Notes: generated by a model from the sequence alone, not told the origin. DNA of 64,000 bases from Candidatus Lambdaproteobacteria bacterium RIFOXYD2_FULL_50_16 (GCA_001783695.1 MFNE01000046.1:30143-94142); one strand, 5' to 3'; shown: positions 10,401-19,626, counted from the stretch's first letter. Numbers and translations: made by a program.

Positions 10401-10713
10401 GGACGTCATCGACCATCTGGTTGAGTTTGTCCAAGCCGGAAAGCAAGCCGTCAATGTGACCACGACCCATCACAATCTGGCCGTTACGCGCACGGCTCAT
10501 CAGGTTTTCCATCACATGGGCCATGCCCGAGAGGGATTCCAAACCAAAAAAGCCTGCTCCACCCTTGATAGAGTGGACGCTGCGAAACAATCGGTTGATC
10601 GTGTCCATATCCGAGGGTTCGGACTCTAGGATCAAGAGATCCGGCTCGATGGTGGACATATGCTCTTTTGCTTCTTCAAGGAAGCCCAATAACATATCGT
10701 CGTCGTTCATCAT
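7474..10713 (-). CDS. cheA: Hybrid CheA (Hpt-linker-dimerisation-HATPase-CheW-CheW-REC)
   Basis: LFRSVHSIKGGAG (Hpt His), HMIRNTADHG, DDGGG, SGRGVGMDVV, two CheW-like domains and a C-terminal REC (CDIEMPVMDG). Confidence 0.95.
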   Translation of the reverse strand: MMNDDDMLLGFLEEAKEHMSTIEPDLLILESEPSDMDTINRLFRSVHSIKGGAGFFGLESLSGMAHVMENLMSRARNGQIVMGRGHIDGLLSGLDKLNQMVDDVQNSNKVDCTQEKQLIESLLEVSGNQAAPEPPKPATSKAAAPAKPPAPKPEAVAAAEPAEPAAESVKKTEFLIPKNEIELAQQNGMNLYVVSVFLNQDIMSKGKTPYQFICDLEELGRFVDSYLDVDDAEALGEGEADEDLRFIFVFASIMEPAIAAEGLAITESQIRYLKPEEIADGKLAINLPAGPAKPATKPAAAKPTPKAAPVAAPEPEPDPEPDEEQEEAASASLPTLKAGPPAVASAKGMDNKKLKGDESIRVGVAKLNKLVDLAGELVLVRNQLLQTGEKEAKRTPGLMTILQSLNMVTTELQEEILNTRMQAVQTVFGKFPRLVRELGRSLGKDINLVTEGDEVELDKTVLEALSDPLTHMIRNTADHGIELPAVRKKAGKPPQGKLLLKAYHESGQVIIEIKDDGGGIDPDKIAAAVHKKGLMTEEELAALSEREKANLIFLPGFSTATTVSSVSGRGVGMDVVRSNIEQIGGSVRLDSVVGQGTTIKLTLPLTMAIVSCLIVQSEGQRFAIPQVNLEELVMLKPEDYQEMLGYVQDREVLKLRGDLLPLISLAEGLGIEESVGHKAYRAYLRKLNNRKVVRQGRSHLETEEDQSIYYNTSVEGAETKRKEAVRVLIISVGINKVGVVVDAIVGSEEIVVKPMPEYLKHLSFFSGATILGDGTVAMIIDTLGFVQKNQLSLTEGKSRNKSLELVKKSVEEAQSLLIFDNGTDEQFAITIPLIQRVDEIDLKRIQVVGGKDYLEYRGEQMRILHLSDYLTVQKPANRGEKANIIIPKETHMPVGIMINQVVDTKTMLIDIAEGAIHGPGILGSTLIDGKITLILDLYSILEQGEPDALHRVHFREDQTKTSKILVIEDTPLFQTIVREYLTSVGFVVDVEENGKVGLEAIERGDYDVVLCDIEMPVMDGFDVIRALRADPKYNDLPVIALTSLDDEKLIAEGKKAGFNEWMIKLDKEKMLQTVNRFIQ

Positions 10714-11021
10714 AGGGCCTCCACCGTAAACTGCTCGTCTAATCTAAAGAGTTGTAAAACTTTTATTATCGATGAATTACAGCCGATTACCTTAAACCCT
10801 TTGGAGGTCGCCTTGGTTTTTTTAAAAAGCCCCACAATTAGGTTAATGCCTATAGAATCCAGGGTCTCTACCTGGTGGCAATCGAAAATTAGTTCTTTCC
10901 AGTCTGAATCTGCATCTAATTTTTCGATTAAGCTTTCGCGCATAGTTGGCACGTTCGAAGCGATAATCTCTTGCTCGGGAATGCAGATTAGGCGTTCTTG
11001 ATCGGATTGAAAACGAATCAT
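10710..11021 (-). CDS. STAS domain anti-sigma factor antagonist
   Basis: LIFDCHQVETLDSIGINLIV contains the DSxG phospho-Ser motif; the stop overlaps the cheA start by 4 nt. Confidence 0.9.
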   Translation of the reverse strand: MIRFQSDQERLICIPEQEIIASNVPTMRESLIEKLDADSDWKELIFDCHQVETLDSIGINLIVGLFKKTKATSKGFKVIGCNSSIIKVLQLFRLDEQFTVEAL

Positions 11022-11224
11022 CTTAACCTATTAAGAGGTAGTTTGGTGAAAGCAACGGCGAGGGCTTTTTTTACTCCCTCCAAAGCAATCGCATAATTTT
11101 TATCGGATTGGGGCCAATAGGTACAGTAAAAAAGCCTTGTCGATGATCTGGAACGCTAGCTAGTTTATGTTGGTCGTGCAGACTAAGCCTAGTTAAAAGA
11201 TTACAAAACCTTTGCGGACCTCTA

Positions 11225-12217
11225 ATGCCCTTCTCTGCCTCGATTGCCAGCCCCCCCATTGCCGTAACTTTAGGCGACGCTGCCGGAATTGGACCTGAAA
11301 CTATTCTCAAAGCTTTGCCGGGGGTGCCGGGGGTGGTGGTGATCGGAGGGGGGCAGGTGCTGTCGGACTTGGCTTACCAACTGGGTCTCAAGGTTGATCT
11401 ACGCTACCTAAACGAACCCGAAGACCTGCCTCAAACCAACGATTCAGCCATTTATGTACTCGATCGGTTTGAGTTGGATAAAAAGAATTTTGTAATGGGG
11501 CAGCCCCACCAAGGGGCGGGAGAGTTGGCCTTTTGTTGTATAGTTGAAGCGGTTAAATTGGCCCAAGCAGGGCGAGTAAAGGCGTTGGTGACCGCGCCGA
11601 TCTGCAAGGAATCGCTTCATTTAGCTGGTCATCCCTTCGATGGACACACTGGGCTTTTGGCCGAATTAACAGGCACCAAAGACTACCGGATGACCTTCTC
11701 GACCAAGGAATTGCGGATTATTCACGTTACCGCCCATATGGCTTTGGCCGAGGCTTGTAAGAAGATAACCCAAGAACGGGTTTTTTCAACCATCCAGATT
11801 GGGCGCAATCATTTAATCGCATTAGGAATCGAAAACCCTCGAATCGCTGTTTGCGGCCTTAACCCTCACGCAGGCGAGGCGGGCATTTTTGGTCGGGAAG
11901 AAATCGAAATAATCAATCCCGCCCTCGCTCAAGCTCAAGCCTTAGGCTGGGATTGCAAAGGGCCCATTCCGGGGGATGTAGTTTTTATTCAGGGATTTAA
12001 AGGTCAGTACGACCTAATTGTGGCTATGTACCATGATCAAGGACATATCCCAGGCAAGCTGGTAGCCTTTGACCGGGGGGTTAACGTCACCGTGGGGCTG
12101 CCCTTTGTGCGTTGCAGCCCAGATCACGGGACTGCTTTTGACATTGCCGGTAAAGGGCTTGCCAAGGAAGGCAACCTCCTGGAAGCTTTGGCCTACGCCC
12201 GACTACTACTTAGATAA
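11225..12217 (+). CDS. pdxA: 4-hydroxythreonine-4-phosphate dehydrogenase (PdxA family)
   Basis: GDAAGIGPE, TAPICK, GHT, LNPHAGE, AMYHDQG and SPDHGTAFDIAG motifs. Confidence 0.9.
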   Translation: MPFSASIASPPIAVTLGDAAGIGPETILKALPGVPGVVVIGGGQVLSDLAYQLGLKVDLRYLNEPEDLPQTNDSAIYVLDRFELDKKNFVMGQPHQGAGELAFCCIVEAVKLAQAGRVKALVTAPICKESLHLAGHPFDGHTGLLAELTGTKDYRMTFSTKELRIIHVTAHMALAEACKKITQERVFSTIQIGRNHLIALGIENPRIAVCGLNPHAGEAGIFGREEIEIINPALAQAQALGWDCKGPIPGDVVFIQGFKGQYDLIVAMYHDQGHIPGKLVAFDRGVNVTVGLPFVRCSPDHGTAFDIAGKGLAKEGNLLEALAYARLLLR

Positions 12218-12266
12218 AAACCTTTTAGGTATTTGGGGCAATCATGCCCAACTTCAAAATAACCCA

Positions 12267-13133
12267 ATGGAAGCTTGGACACCGCCAAAATTGGTCGCTT
12301 GGATCAGGGGGGAATTAGAGCGTCGGAAGATGTCAACCAACCCCCGCCTAGAGGCGGAATGGTTGGTAGCCAAGGGGTTGGGGATTGATCGCTTGAATAT
12401 CTATCTGAATCACGATCAAATCTTAAGTGAAGAAGAACGCGCCCAGGTCCGCGAACTGGTGCGCCGCCGCCTAGAGCGGGAGCCTTTGCCTTATATCTTA
12501 GGCAAGGCCCATTTTTGGACCTTGGAATTGAATATAGTCCCTGGGGTGCTCTGCCCGCGTCCTGACAGTGAAACCTTGGTCGAGGCCTTGCTAGAACATT
12601 TGCCCAAGGAAGGCCCCCTTAAAATGGCCGAGTTGGGCACTGGCACTGGCGCTTTGGCAATAGCCCTGGCTTTAGAACGCCCTTTAAGCAATATTTGGGC
12701 TGCCGAGATTAGCCCAATTGCATTTGCCTGTGCAAAAAGCAATGTTGACACCTACCTTGAGGAATTGGAAAAACAAGGCAGTCAGGTCAGAGTCTGTTTG
12801 ACCGATGGCTTGGATCAGGCCGAGGGGCCGTTGGACGTAATTTTTTCGAACCCACCCTATATCGCGCCCGAAGTGATTCAAACCCTCGAACCTGAGGTCC
12901 GGCTTTTTGAACCCATGGAAGCCTTAGACGGAGGGGCGCAGGGGCTGGAGTTTTACCCCCGCCTGTTTGCTTGGGGGGAGCGGTTTTTAAATCGGGGCGG
13001 GTTATTAGCCTTTGAATTGGGATATGATCAAAAATCGGCCATTTTGGACTTAAAACCCCAAGTCTTTGAGACCTTGGCTGCTCATAAAGATTTAGCCGGA
13101 CATGACCGGGTATTGGTTTTCAAGCGAGTATAA
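12267..13133 (+). CDS. prmC: Release factor glutamine methyltransferase
   Basis: REPLPYILG, PRPDSETLVE, ELGTGTG and SNPPYI; start moved to ATG 12267 to avoid overlapping pdxA. Confidence 0.92.
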   Translation: MEAWTPPKLVAWIRGELERRKMSTNPRLEAEWLVAKGLGIDRLNIYLNHDQILSEEERAQVRELVRRRLEREPLPYILGKAHFWTLELNIVPGVLCPRPDSETLVEALLEHLPKEGPLKMAELGTGTGALAIALALERPLSNIWAAEISPIAFACAKSNVDTYLEELEKQGSQVRVCLTDGLDQAEGPLDVIFSNPPYIAPEVIQTLEPEVRLFEPMEALDGGAQGLEFYPRLFAWGERFLNRGGLLAFELGYDQKSAILDLKPQVFETLAAHKDLAGHDRVLVFKRV

Positions 13134-13135
13134 CT

Positions 13136-14029
13136 ATGACCAATTTTTCTCCCCATTACCAAAGTCTATTGACCCGGTTTGAGACCTACTTAGAACGGGC
13201 CTTTCCCCATCTGGCTCCAGAAGTAGCAATTTTAGAGGAATCGGTGCGTTATTCGCTGCTCGCTGGCGGCAAACGACTGAGGCCGATTTTGCTACTTTGT
13301 GTGGTTGAGGCGGGCCAGGGCGAGATTGACAACGCCCTTCCCTTTGCGGCGGCGGTGGAGTTTATCCATTGTTATTCCCTAATCCACGACGACCTCCCCT
13401 GTATGGACGACGACGACCTCCGCCGGGGTAAGCCCACTAACCACATCAAATTTGGTGAAGATATTGCCCTCTTGGCGGGCGACGCTCTTTTAAGCGAAGC
13501 CTTCCACCTGATTTCAGCCCCTGAACGACTCAAGGATTATCCAGCAGAGCGGCTTTTAGCGGCAATCCATTGTTTAGCCAAAAAGGCGGGCAATTTTGGG
13601 ATGGTTGCCGGACAGGTGGCTGATATTGGTGCCGCCCAAAGTCGAGGGAGTAAGGAACTACTAGAATTTATCCATCACCACAAAACCGGCCAACTGATCG
13701 TTGCTAGTTTGGAAATGGGGGCGATTTTAGCGGGGTTGAATGATCACGCAAGAGACGCAATTTGCCACTTTGGTGAGGCCTTGGGCCGCTGTTTTCAGAT
13801 CCAAGACGATATTTTAGACGAAACTGGCGACCCAACCAAGCTGGGAAAGCCCGTGGGGAGCGACCAGAAAAACCAAAAGCTGACCTACCCCAGTCTGTTT
13901 GGACTCGAAGAATCGGCCCGCTTGGCCGAAGAGGCGTACCAGGAAGCTTTGACCTATCTGGCGAAAACCGGTCTGCCTCAAGAGCCCCTTCAGGCGCTGG
14001 CAGACTTTGTATTAAAACGCCGTCACTGA
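13136..14029 (+). CDS. ispA: Farnesyl diphosphate synthase (polyprenyl synthetase)
   Basis: GGKRLRP, SLIHDDLPCMDDDDLRRGKP, HKTG and FQIQDDILD motifs. Confidence 0.92.
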   Translation: MTNFSPHYQSLLTRFETYLERAFPHLAPEVAILEESVRYSLLAGGKRLRPILLLCVVEAGQGEIDNALPFAAAVEFIHCYSLIHDDLPCMDDDDLRRGKPTNHIKFGEDIALLAGDALLSEAFHLISAPERLKDYPAERLLAAIHCLAKKAGNFGMVAGQVADIGAAQSRGSKELLEFIHHHKTGQLIVASLEMGAILAGLNDHARDAICHFGEALGRCFQIQDDILDETGDPTKLGKPVGSDQKNQKLTYPSLFGLEESARLAEEAYQEALTYLAKTGLPQEPLQALADFVLKRRH

Positions 14030-14628
14030 CCTAAGGCTTCACCTTGGCCTAGCTCCAGATCGAGTACCACCAGTTTGAGTTGGTGGTCATCGGTTTTAGC
14101 CAAAATTTCTTTGGGGATCTCCAGTCCGTTTAGTTGGAACCAATGGGGATAACTCAAATTTAACCCCTGCCCGTTTTGGAGGAACTGTTCAGTTTGGGGT
14201 TTGGTGGGGTCCTGGGAGGCCAACCGGCGGCCTAGAAAGAGGGCTTTGATTTGAGCAGGTTCGAGCCCAATCAAAGGGAACCGTGCCCCGGCTTCTTCCA
14301 GGCTTAAACGCTCTTTTTTCCCAGTGGTGCCCTCTTGGAGTAAAACCCCTTGGGGGCTTCGCTCCAAATACAGCACCAAGCCCGCCAAACTATGCGAGAG
14401 TTCGACCCGCACCCGGGTTTGATCCGCCCAAATCTGGGCATCGCCACTTTGGGACTGGTCAGGCCCCTTCCAGCCAAAACGGCAGCGGACCCATAAAGAT
14501 TGCGAGATGGTTTGGGGGTTCCAGGCCTGTAGCTCCTGGTCGGGAGACTCGGGGCGGAAATTACCGCTCCGCCCGCAAGCGGCAGCAAACACCAAACCCA
14601 AAAGCAGCCAGCGTTTAGCGGGGCCCAT
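14023..14628 (-). CDS. Lipoprotein, LolB/DUF4292-like
   Basis: Lipobox FAAAC after a short signal peptide; beta-rich ~200 aa body. The family call is an inference. Confidence 0.55.
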   Translation of the reverse strand: MGPAKRWLLLGLVFAAACGRSGNFRPESPDQELQAWNPQTISQSLWVRCRFGWKGPDQSQSGDAQIWADQTRVRVELSHSLAGLVLYLERSPQGVLLQEGTTGKKERLSLEEAGARFPLIGLEPAQIKALFLGRRLASQDPTKPQTEQFLQNGQGLNLSYPHWFQLNGLEIPKEILAKTDDHQLKLVVLDLELGQGEALGQ

Positions 14629-16708
14629 AGATACTTTGGTAGAGGTAGTAAGATTTAAGTACCCGCTTCACGTAATTTTTGGTTTCGTTAAAGCTGATCA
14701 TTTCCACAAATAAATCCATGTCTTCGGGGCCTTCAAGCTTTAATTTCCACCGGTTTACATTACTCGCGCCCCCGTTATAAGCGGCTAAGGTATAGTAGAG
14801 ATTGCCTTCAAACCGTTTTGAAAGATCATTTAGGTAGATCGTGCCTAGTCTAAGATTGAGGTCTGGGTCGATTAGTTGGCTAGTGCTGACCCGAATCCGT
14901 TTACTACGGCCCACAAAACGAGCGGTCTTGGGCATTAATTGGAGCAGGCCTATCGCACCAGCAAACGATTTGACGTAAGGCCTAAACCGAGATTCCTCGC
15001 GCATCACCGCGTAAACCAACATCTCAGAAACACGGGCCTCTTCGGCATACCTGGTCACCTGCGATTGGAAGGCTTGGGGGTATAATAGGGGCAGAATATG
15101 GTGGTTGCCATAATAGGTGTCACCTAATAGGTGGTCTTGGTGCTGCGAAACCAACTGATGTAATAGATAAAAGCGGTCTGCCGCTGCTAATAAACCCCTT
15201 AGTTCGTCAAAATAGGTAAGGTCTTTTAGCTTGGCTTCCTCTTCGAAAACAATCGAATCCGCCAACCTTTGTTCGTCAAGATCATATAAAAGCCGTAGCA
15301 TTTCAAAATATTCAGACTCTTCTACTTGAAGCGGTCGGCGCTTAAATTGAAATTCAGGGTCAGGATGTCCAGGCAAAGATTGCCCGTTGTTATTAGCCAA
15401 GCTCCTGGCCTTTAAACCATAAAAGGTTAATGGATACCGATGGTAACAGTCTTGGAGTGACCCCTCTATATAAAGTTCAAGCTTGTATCCCCAGTAGCAA
15501 AATCGCGCACCCTCTTCGATGTCTTTAAACGAGTATCGCTCCGCCCAAGCAGCAATCTTTTTCAGATTGGCCCGATGGCCAATCTGTTGATTTACTAAAA
15601 ATAGTTTCCACTGCAAATCAGAAACTTGCTCAGTTTTAAACCCCTTCGTGTCCACCAAGGCAAGTTGCTCGAATGCCTCTTTCCAGGAACTTTGCCCAAA
15701 ATAATAACTTCCTAACTTAAAACGAGCCTGATGGACCAAATCCTGGTAACCAGCTTTATCCAGCACTTTTATTGCGGCCAAGGCTTCTATTTCTCGGCCC
15801 AAGGATAAATTGAACTTAACCGCTAAAAATGAAAGCTCACCTTCTGAAAAATCAAAGAGCAAGGCCGATGCGGGATCGCTGATTTTTTGCAAACCTTCCG
15901 AATACTTGCGAGCAGAAAAATAGCTGTCAAAATAGAGGTCGCGTAGGGTCAGGAAGGTAGGCCGGTCCCCCTCTTTGTAATAGCGCAGATAAAGAGGCAC
16001 CGCTTCGCGAAGGTAGGTGTAGTTGCGGAAACGGTATTGGGCTTGGAAGTGGCGGGCTATGGTGTCCTTATAGCGGATCATAGTCCCGCGGATGAAGTCG
16101 AACCGCTTTTTAAGGTTTAAATCCAACTTGGTGTAATCGGCAGTCTCGAACAACTTTATCAAGGCCCAATTGTTTTTTGGGTCAGTCGGTGATAACGTGC
16201 TTAAGTAAAGCTGCAAAAAGGCACTGTTACTTTGGAGGTCTTCGAAGCGCTCGAAAATGGATTCAAGCTTGGTTTTTAAGGCGTCCGAAGGGGGAATGTT
16301 CTTAAAACCCCGGCTTAAAAGCAGAGCCAACCGATTGATCAAAAATGGATTTTTAATGTCCTTTGGAAATCCAACAGCTATGTCTAAAAGAGACTGGCTG
16401 TCTTTGTTTAGGGCGTAAAATTCCATCCGTTCCCAAAGTACCACTTGGCGAAGGGGACCCTTAAATTGCTGGTTCATCTGGCGCAGCGCGTTCAGGGATT
16501 TGGTTTGATCCCCAAGTTTTTGCTGGGTTTTAAAATAGAGGTAAAGCTCGGTCGGGTTTGAATCTGCGTCTTGGGTACCTAAGCTGGCCAGGGCGGCGCT
16601 ATAGTTTTGGGCTTGATATTGCTCAACCGATTGATTGACCTCGGTCGAGCCAATCACCAAACTAGGGGCAAAGGCTAACAATATTAAAAGGGCTAAGATT
16701 CTAGGCAT
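14615..16708 (-). CDS. Soluble lytic transglycosylase with N-terminal TPR/alpha-solenoid
   Basis: Signal peptide MPRILALLILLAFAP; SLT motifs MREES, AIGLLQLMP, AAYNGG and ETKNYV. Confidence 0.9.
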   Translation of the reverse strand: MPRILALLILLAFAPSLVIGSTEVNQSVEQYQAQNYSAALASLGTQDADSNPTELYLYFKTQQKLGDQTKSLNALRQMNQQFKGPLRQVVLWERMEFYALNKDSQSLLDIAVGFPKDIKNPFLINRLALLLSRGFKNIPPSDALKTKLESIFERFEDLQSNSAFLQLYLSTLSPTDPKNNWALIKLFETADYTKLDLNLKKRFDFIRGTMIRYKDTIARHFQAQYRFRNYTYLREAVPLYLRYYKEGDRPTFLTLRDLYFDSYFSARKYSEGLQKISDPASALLFDFSEGELSFLAVKFNLSLGREIEALAAIKVLDKAGYQDLVHQARFKLGSYYFGQSSWKEAFEQLALVDTKGFKTEQVSDLQWKLFLVNQQIGHRANLKKIAAWAERYSFKDIEEGARFCYWGYKLELYIEGSLQDCYHRYPLTFYGLKARSLANNNGQSLPGHPDPEFQFKRRPLQVEESEYFEMLRLLYDLDEQRLADSIVFEEEAKLKDLTYFDELRGLLAAADRFYLLHQLVSQHQDHLLGDTYYGNHHILPLLYPQAFQSQVTRYAEEARVSEMLVYAVMREESRFRPYVKSFAGAIGLLQLMPKTARFVGRSKRIRVSTSQLIDPDLNLRLGTIYLNDLSKRFEGNLYYTLAAYNGGASNVNRWKLKLEGPEDMDLFVEMISFNETKNYVKRVLKSYYLYQSIYGPR

Positions 16709-17312
16709 GTATTCCAAACGAATCAAACATTCGGTAGCGATGTTGGAGCAGGCAGCCAAAAAGGCTGTACTGGCATTGGAGACCGGAGAAGGTCTGTATT
16801 ATAACCAGTCCAACCCCCAGAGCCCCTTTGTCAAGCGAGGTCAACCCCCTATTTCTAAACAAGCTAATTTGGGGCCAAACTCCTTGGGTTCGGACCAAAC
16901 CGGGTATAATCTTTGGCCCAATAACCGCCAAGCCTCTTTCGCTAAGCGTGGTCTGGCCGCACCCACTAAGGCCAAACCAGGAATTGAGCCGCAAATAAAA
17001 ACCCCTCAAAAGCTCTTGGGTAACCCCTCGGTCTTGGAAGCCTACCTCAAACGGGTGATTTATGAAAGCCTAAGCATGATGGTCGCCAAACCGCCCAATC
17101 CGCAAGGGGTTAGGGAGTTGGTGAGAGAAATGGAACAAATTTGCCGAGACGAAGGTGTTGATATTCCACATATTCGTGCCTTTAACGGGCTGGACCGACT
17201 AGAACAATTTCAACAACTTTTGGTTGGCCTTTTTGAGGGGGACTCACCCTACCGTTTTGAACTTACCGCCGCCGCCTTCAAGGAAATGCTGAGACTCTTA
17301 GAGACAAAATAA
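16707..17312 (+). CDS. Hypothetical protein
   Basis: Uninterrupted ~200 aa ORF filling the gap between slt and the rplQ terminator; start uncertain (16707 or 16740). Confidence 0.6.
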   Translation: MYSKRIKHSVAMLEQAAKKAVLALETGEGLYYNQSNPQSPFVKRGQPPISKQANLGPNSLGSDQTGYNLWPNNRQASFAKRGLAAPTKAKPGIEPQIKTPQKLLGNPSVLEAYLKRVIYESLSMMVAKPPNPQGVRELVREMEQICRDEGVDIPHIRAFNGLDRLEQFQQLLVGLFEGDSPYRFELTAAAFKEMLRLLETK

Positions 17313-17322
17313 AATCGAAGCC

Positions 17323-17355
17323 AAAAAAAAAGCCCGCCAAGTTGCCTTGACGGGC
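17323..17355 (-). terminator. Intrinsic terminator of the alpha operon
   Basis: Minus-strand hairpin GCCCGTCAAG-GCAA-CTTGGCGGGC followed by a T9 run just after the rplQ stop. Confidence 0.85.
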
Positions 17356-17377
17356 CTGATCTTTAGACCCAGAGGGT

Positions 17378-17929
17378 TTAAGCCTCTTCGCCTTTTGCTT
17401 TAGCCGCTTCTTCAGTCACTTCAACCGCTTCCTCAACCTTGGCCTTCTTGGTGCTGGCCTTGGCAGGGGCTTCCTGCTGGGTTTCCTTTAAAGCTTCGGT
17501 TACCTCTTCGCGGACTTCCGACTTAGGAGCCTTGGCCGAAACTTCTTCGGCTTTGTCAAATCCGATCAATTGGATCAGCGCCATTTGGGTATTGTCTCCC
17601 AAGCGGTTGCCCAATTTGTAGATCCGAGTATATCCACCTTGCCGCTGAGCAAAGGCTGGGCCCCACTCTTCAAACAAGCGCCGATATGACTCTTTGTTGT
17701 TAAGAAACGACATTACTTGCCTTTTAGCATGCAAATCGCCCCCTTCGGTGGCTTCACTTCTCTTGGCCAAACCGATCATCTTATCAGCTAATTTACGCAT
17801 TTCTTTGGCCCGGGTCACGGTCGTTTTAATCTGACCGTGTTCCAATAGGCTAGTAACTAGATTGCGCATCATCGCTTTACGATGGCTGGAGGTTACCCCC
17901 AGTCGCTTTCCTGCCTTTAGGTGTCTCAT
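17378..17929 (-). CDS. rplQ: 50S ribosomal protein L17 with C-terminal Ala/Glu/Lys extension
   Basis: MRHLKAGKRLG...HRKAMMRNL...GGYTRI. Confidence 0.97.
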   Translation of the reverse strand: MRHLKAGKRLGVTSSHRKAMMRNLVTSLLEHGQIKTTVTRAKEMRKLADKMIGLAKRSEATEGGDLHAKRQVMSFLNNKESYRRLFEEWGPAFAQRQGGYTRIYKLGNRLGDNTQMALIQLIGFDKAEEVSAKAPKSEVREEVTEALKETQQEAPAKASTKKAKVEEAVEVTEEAAKAKGEEA

Positions 17930-17942
17930 ATCGCGTTAGTGT

Positions 17943-18965
17943 CTATGCTTCGACCTTGGGTTTTTCGTAATTGTCCAACTTCATGCCCAGGGTCAAGCCC
18001 ATTGAAGCCAGGACCGTTTTGATCTCTTGCAAGGACTTGCGGCCAAAGTTTTTGGTTTTTAACATTTCGGCTTCAGTCTTTTGGACCAAGTCGCCGATGG
18101 TTTCGATCTTTGCGTTTTGTAGGCAATTGATCGAGCGAACCGACAGCTCCAACTCATTTACCGAGCGATAGAGATGCGGATTTTCGTATGATTTTTCCTC
18201 TTCGGCAACCACTTCTACAATCGGTTGGATCGAGTCTTCATCGAAGTTGATAAAGGGGTTTAAATATTCCTTTAAAATCTTCGCGCCGTAAGCCACGGCA
18301 TCGTCAGGGGCTACCCCGCCGTTGGTCCAAAGCTCAAAAATCAATTTGTCATAGTCCGTCTTTTGGCCTACACGAGTGTTGGTCACTTCGTAGTTAACCC
18401 GAGAGATAGGACTGTGGTTAGAATCCAAGAAGATGGTACCAATTGGCAAATCACCATCATGGTTTTCTTCAGCCGAAATAAACCCCCGGTTCAGCTTAGA
18501 ATAGAGGGTCATCTCTAAGGTCGCCCCTTTGTCCAAATGACAAATCACTTGGTCAGGGTTCATGATCTCAGCTTTAGAAAAGGTGGAAATGTCCCCAGCG
18601 GTAACAATAGCCGGACCTTCAGCGATTAATTCCATGGCCAAGTTGTCTTCCGTGAATTGCTTCAACTGGAGTTGCTTGACGTTAAGAACAATCTGCAAAA
18701 CATCTTCCCGAATGCCCTTGATGGTTTCAAATTCGTGGCTGACACCCTCGATCTTGATACCAAAAACAGCCGAGCCCCGAAGCGAAGAAAGCAAACAGCG
18801 GCGAAGGGCATGGCCGATAGTCAGGCCAAACCCTTTGTGCATCGGCTCTAGGGTGTACTTCCCGTAATAAACGTCCTGTTCCGAACGGGTGACTTGAATC
18901 GTTTCGGGGATCTCCAACCCTTCCCAGTTTTTTTGAAACTGTACTTCCGACCTGTTTTCTTCCAC
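17943..18965 (-). CDS. rpoA: RNA polymerase alpha subunit
   Basis: [29 protein letters not shown] and KNFGRKSL; GTG start. Confidence 0.98.
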   Translation of the reverse strand: MEENRSEVQFQKNWEGLEIPETIQVTRSEQDVYYGKYTLEPMHKGFGLTIGHALRRCLLSSLRGSAVFGIKIEGVSHEFETIKGIREDVLQIVLNVKQLQLKQFTEDNLAMELIAEGPAIVTAGDISTFSKAEIMNPDQVICHLDKGATLEMTLYSKLNRGFISAEENHDGDLPIGTIFLDSNHSPISRVNYEVTNTRVGQKTDYDKLIFELWTNGGVAPDDAVAYGAKILKEYLNPFINFDEDSIQPIVEVVAEEEKSYENPHLYRSVNELELSVRSINCLQNAKIETIGDLVQKTEAEMLKTKNFGRKSLQEIKTVLASMGLTLGMKLDNYEKPKVEA

Positions 18966-18970
18966 CGAAA

Positions 18971-19606
18971 TTACCTGGAATAAAGTTCGACAATCAGCTG
19001 TTCTTGGATGGGAACCGCAATTTGTTCACGAGAGGGGTTATCCACCACCTTTCCCGAAAGCGTCTTGTGATCCACCGACAACCAAACGGGCACCAAACCC
19101 TTGCGGGCGGCAGCCTCACCAGCTTGAGCAATGGAGGCAATGTTTTTACTTTTTTCCCGAATGGTCAGTACATCGTCTTTTTTGACCATCGCCGAAGGGA
19201 TGTTACATTTCTCACCGTTAACCATAACATGGCTGTGTTTAACCAGCTGGCGTGCCTCTGCAAGGCTGCGCGCAAAACCCATGCGGAAAACGGTATTGTC
19301 CAAGCGCCGCTCTAAAAGGATCAACAGGTTTTCACCAGTCTTACCCTTGATGTGAGAAGCCTTTTCATAGGTTAAGCGAAACTGCTTTTCCAAAAGCCCA
19401 TAAAGGCGCTTGACCTTTTGCTTTTCACGCAACTGAATCCCATATTCGGAATGCTTAGCCCTTCTGGCGTTGGGGCCGTGCTGGCCCGGAGCGTAAGGTT
19501 TTTTGTCGACTGCGCATTTGTCCGAATAACAGCGGTCACCCTTTAAAAAGAGTTTCACCCGCTCTCGGCGGCAGAGTTTGCAGACGGCGTCTCGATACCT
19601 AGCCAC
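18971..19606 (-). CDS. rpsD: 30S ribosomal protein S4
   Basis: CKLCRRE, QLREKQK, LERRLDN and IVELYSR. Confidence 0.98.
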   Translation of the reverse strand: MARYRDAVCKLCRRERVKLFLKGDRCYSDKCAVDKKPYAPGQHGPNARRAKHSEYGIQLREKQKVKRLYGLLEKQFRLTYEKASHIKGKTGENLLILLERRLDNTVFRMGFARSLAEARQLVKHSHVMVNGEKCNIPSAMVKKDDVLTIREKSKNIASIAQAGEAAARKGLVPVWLSVDHKTLSGKVVDNPSREQIAVPIQEQLIVELYSR

Positions 19607-19626
19607 GATTCTCCTTTAGATTCCTT

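Noticed and set aside
7963-10729. Plus-strand ORFs antisense to cheA (e.g. 9239-9901, 220 aa)
   Set aside because: Shadow ORFs of a strongly supported gene; no independent motifs.
12069-12266. Long N-terminal extension of PrmC in the ORF track
   Set aside because: It overlaps pdxA and is not protein-like; ATG 12267 gives a normal-length PrmC.
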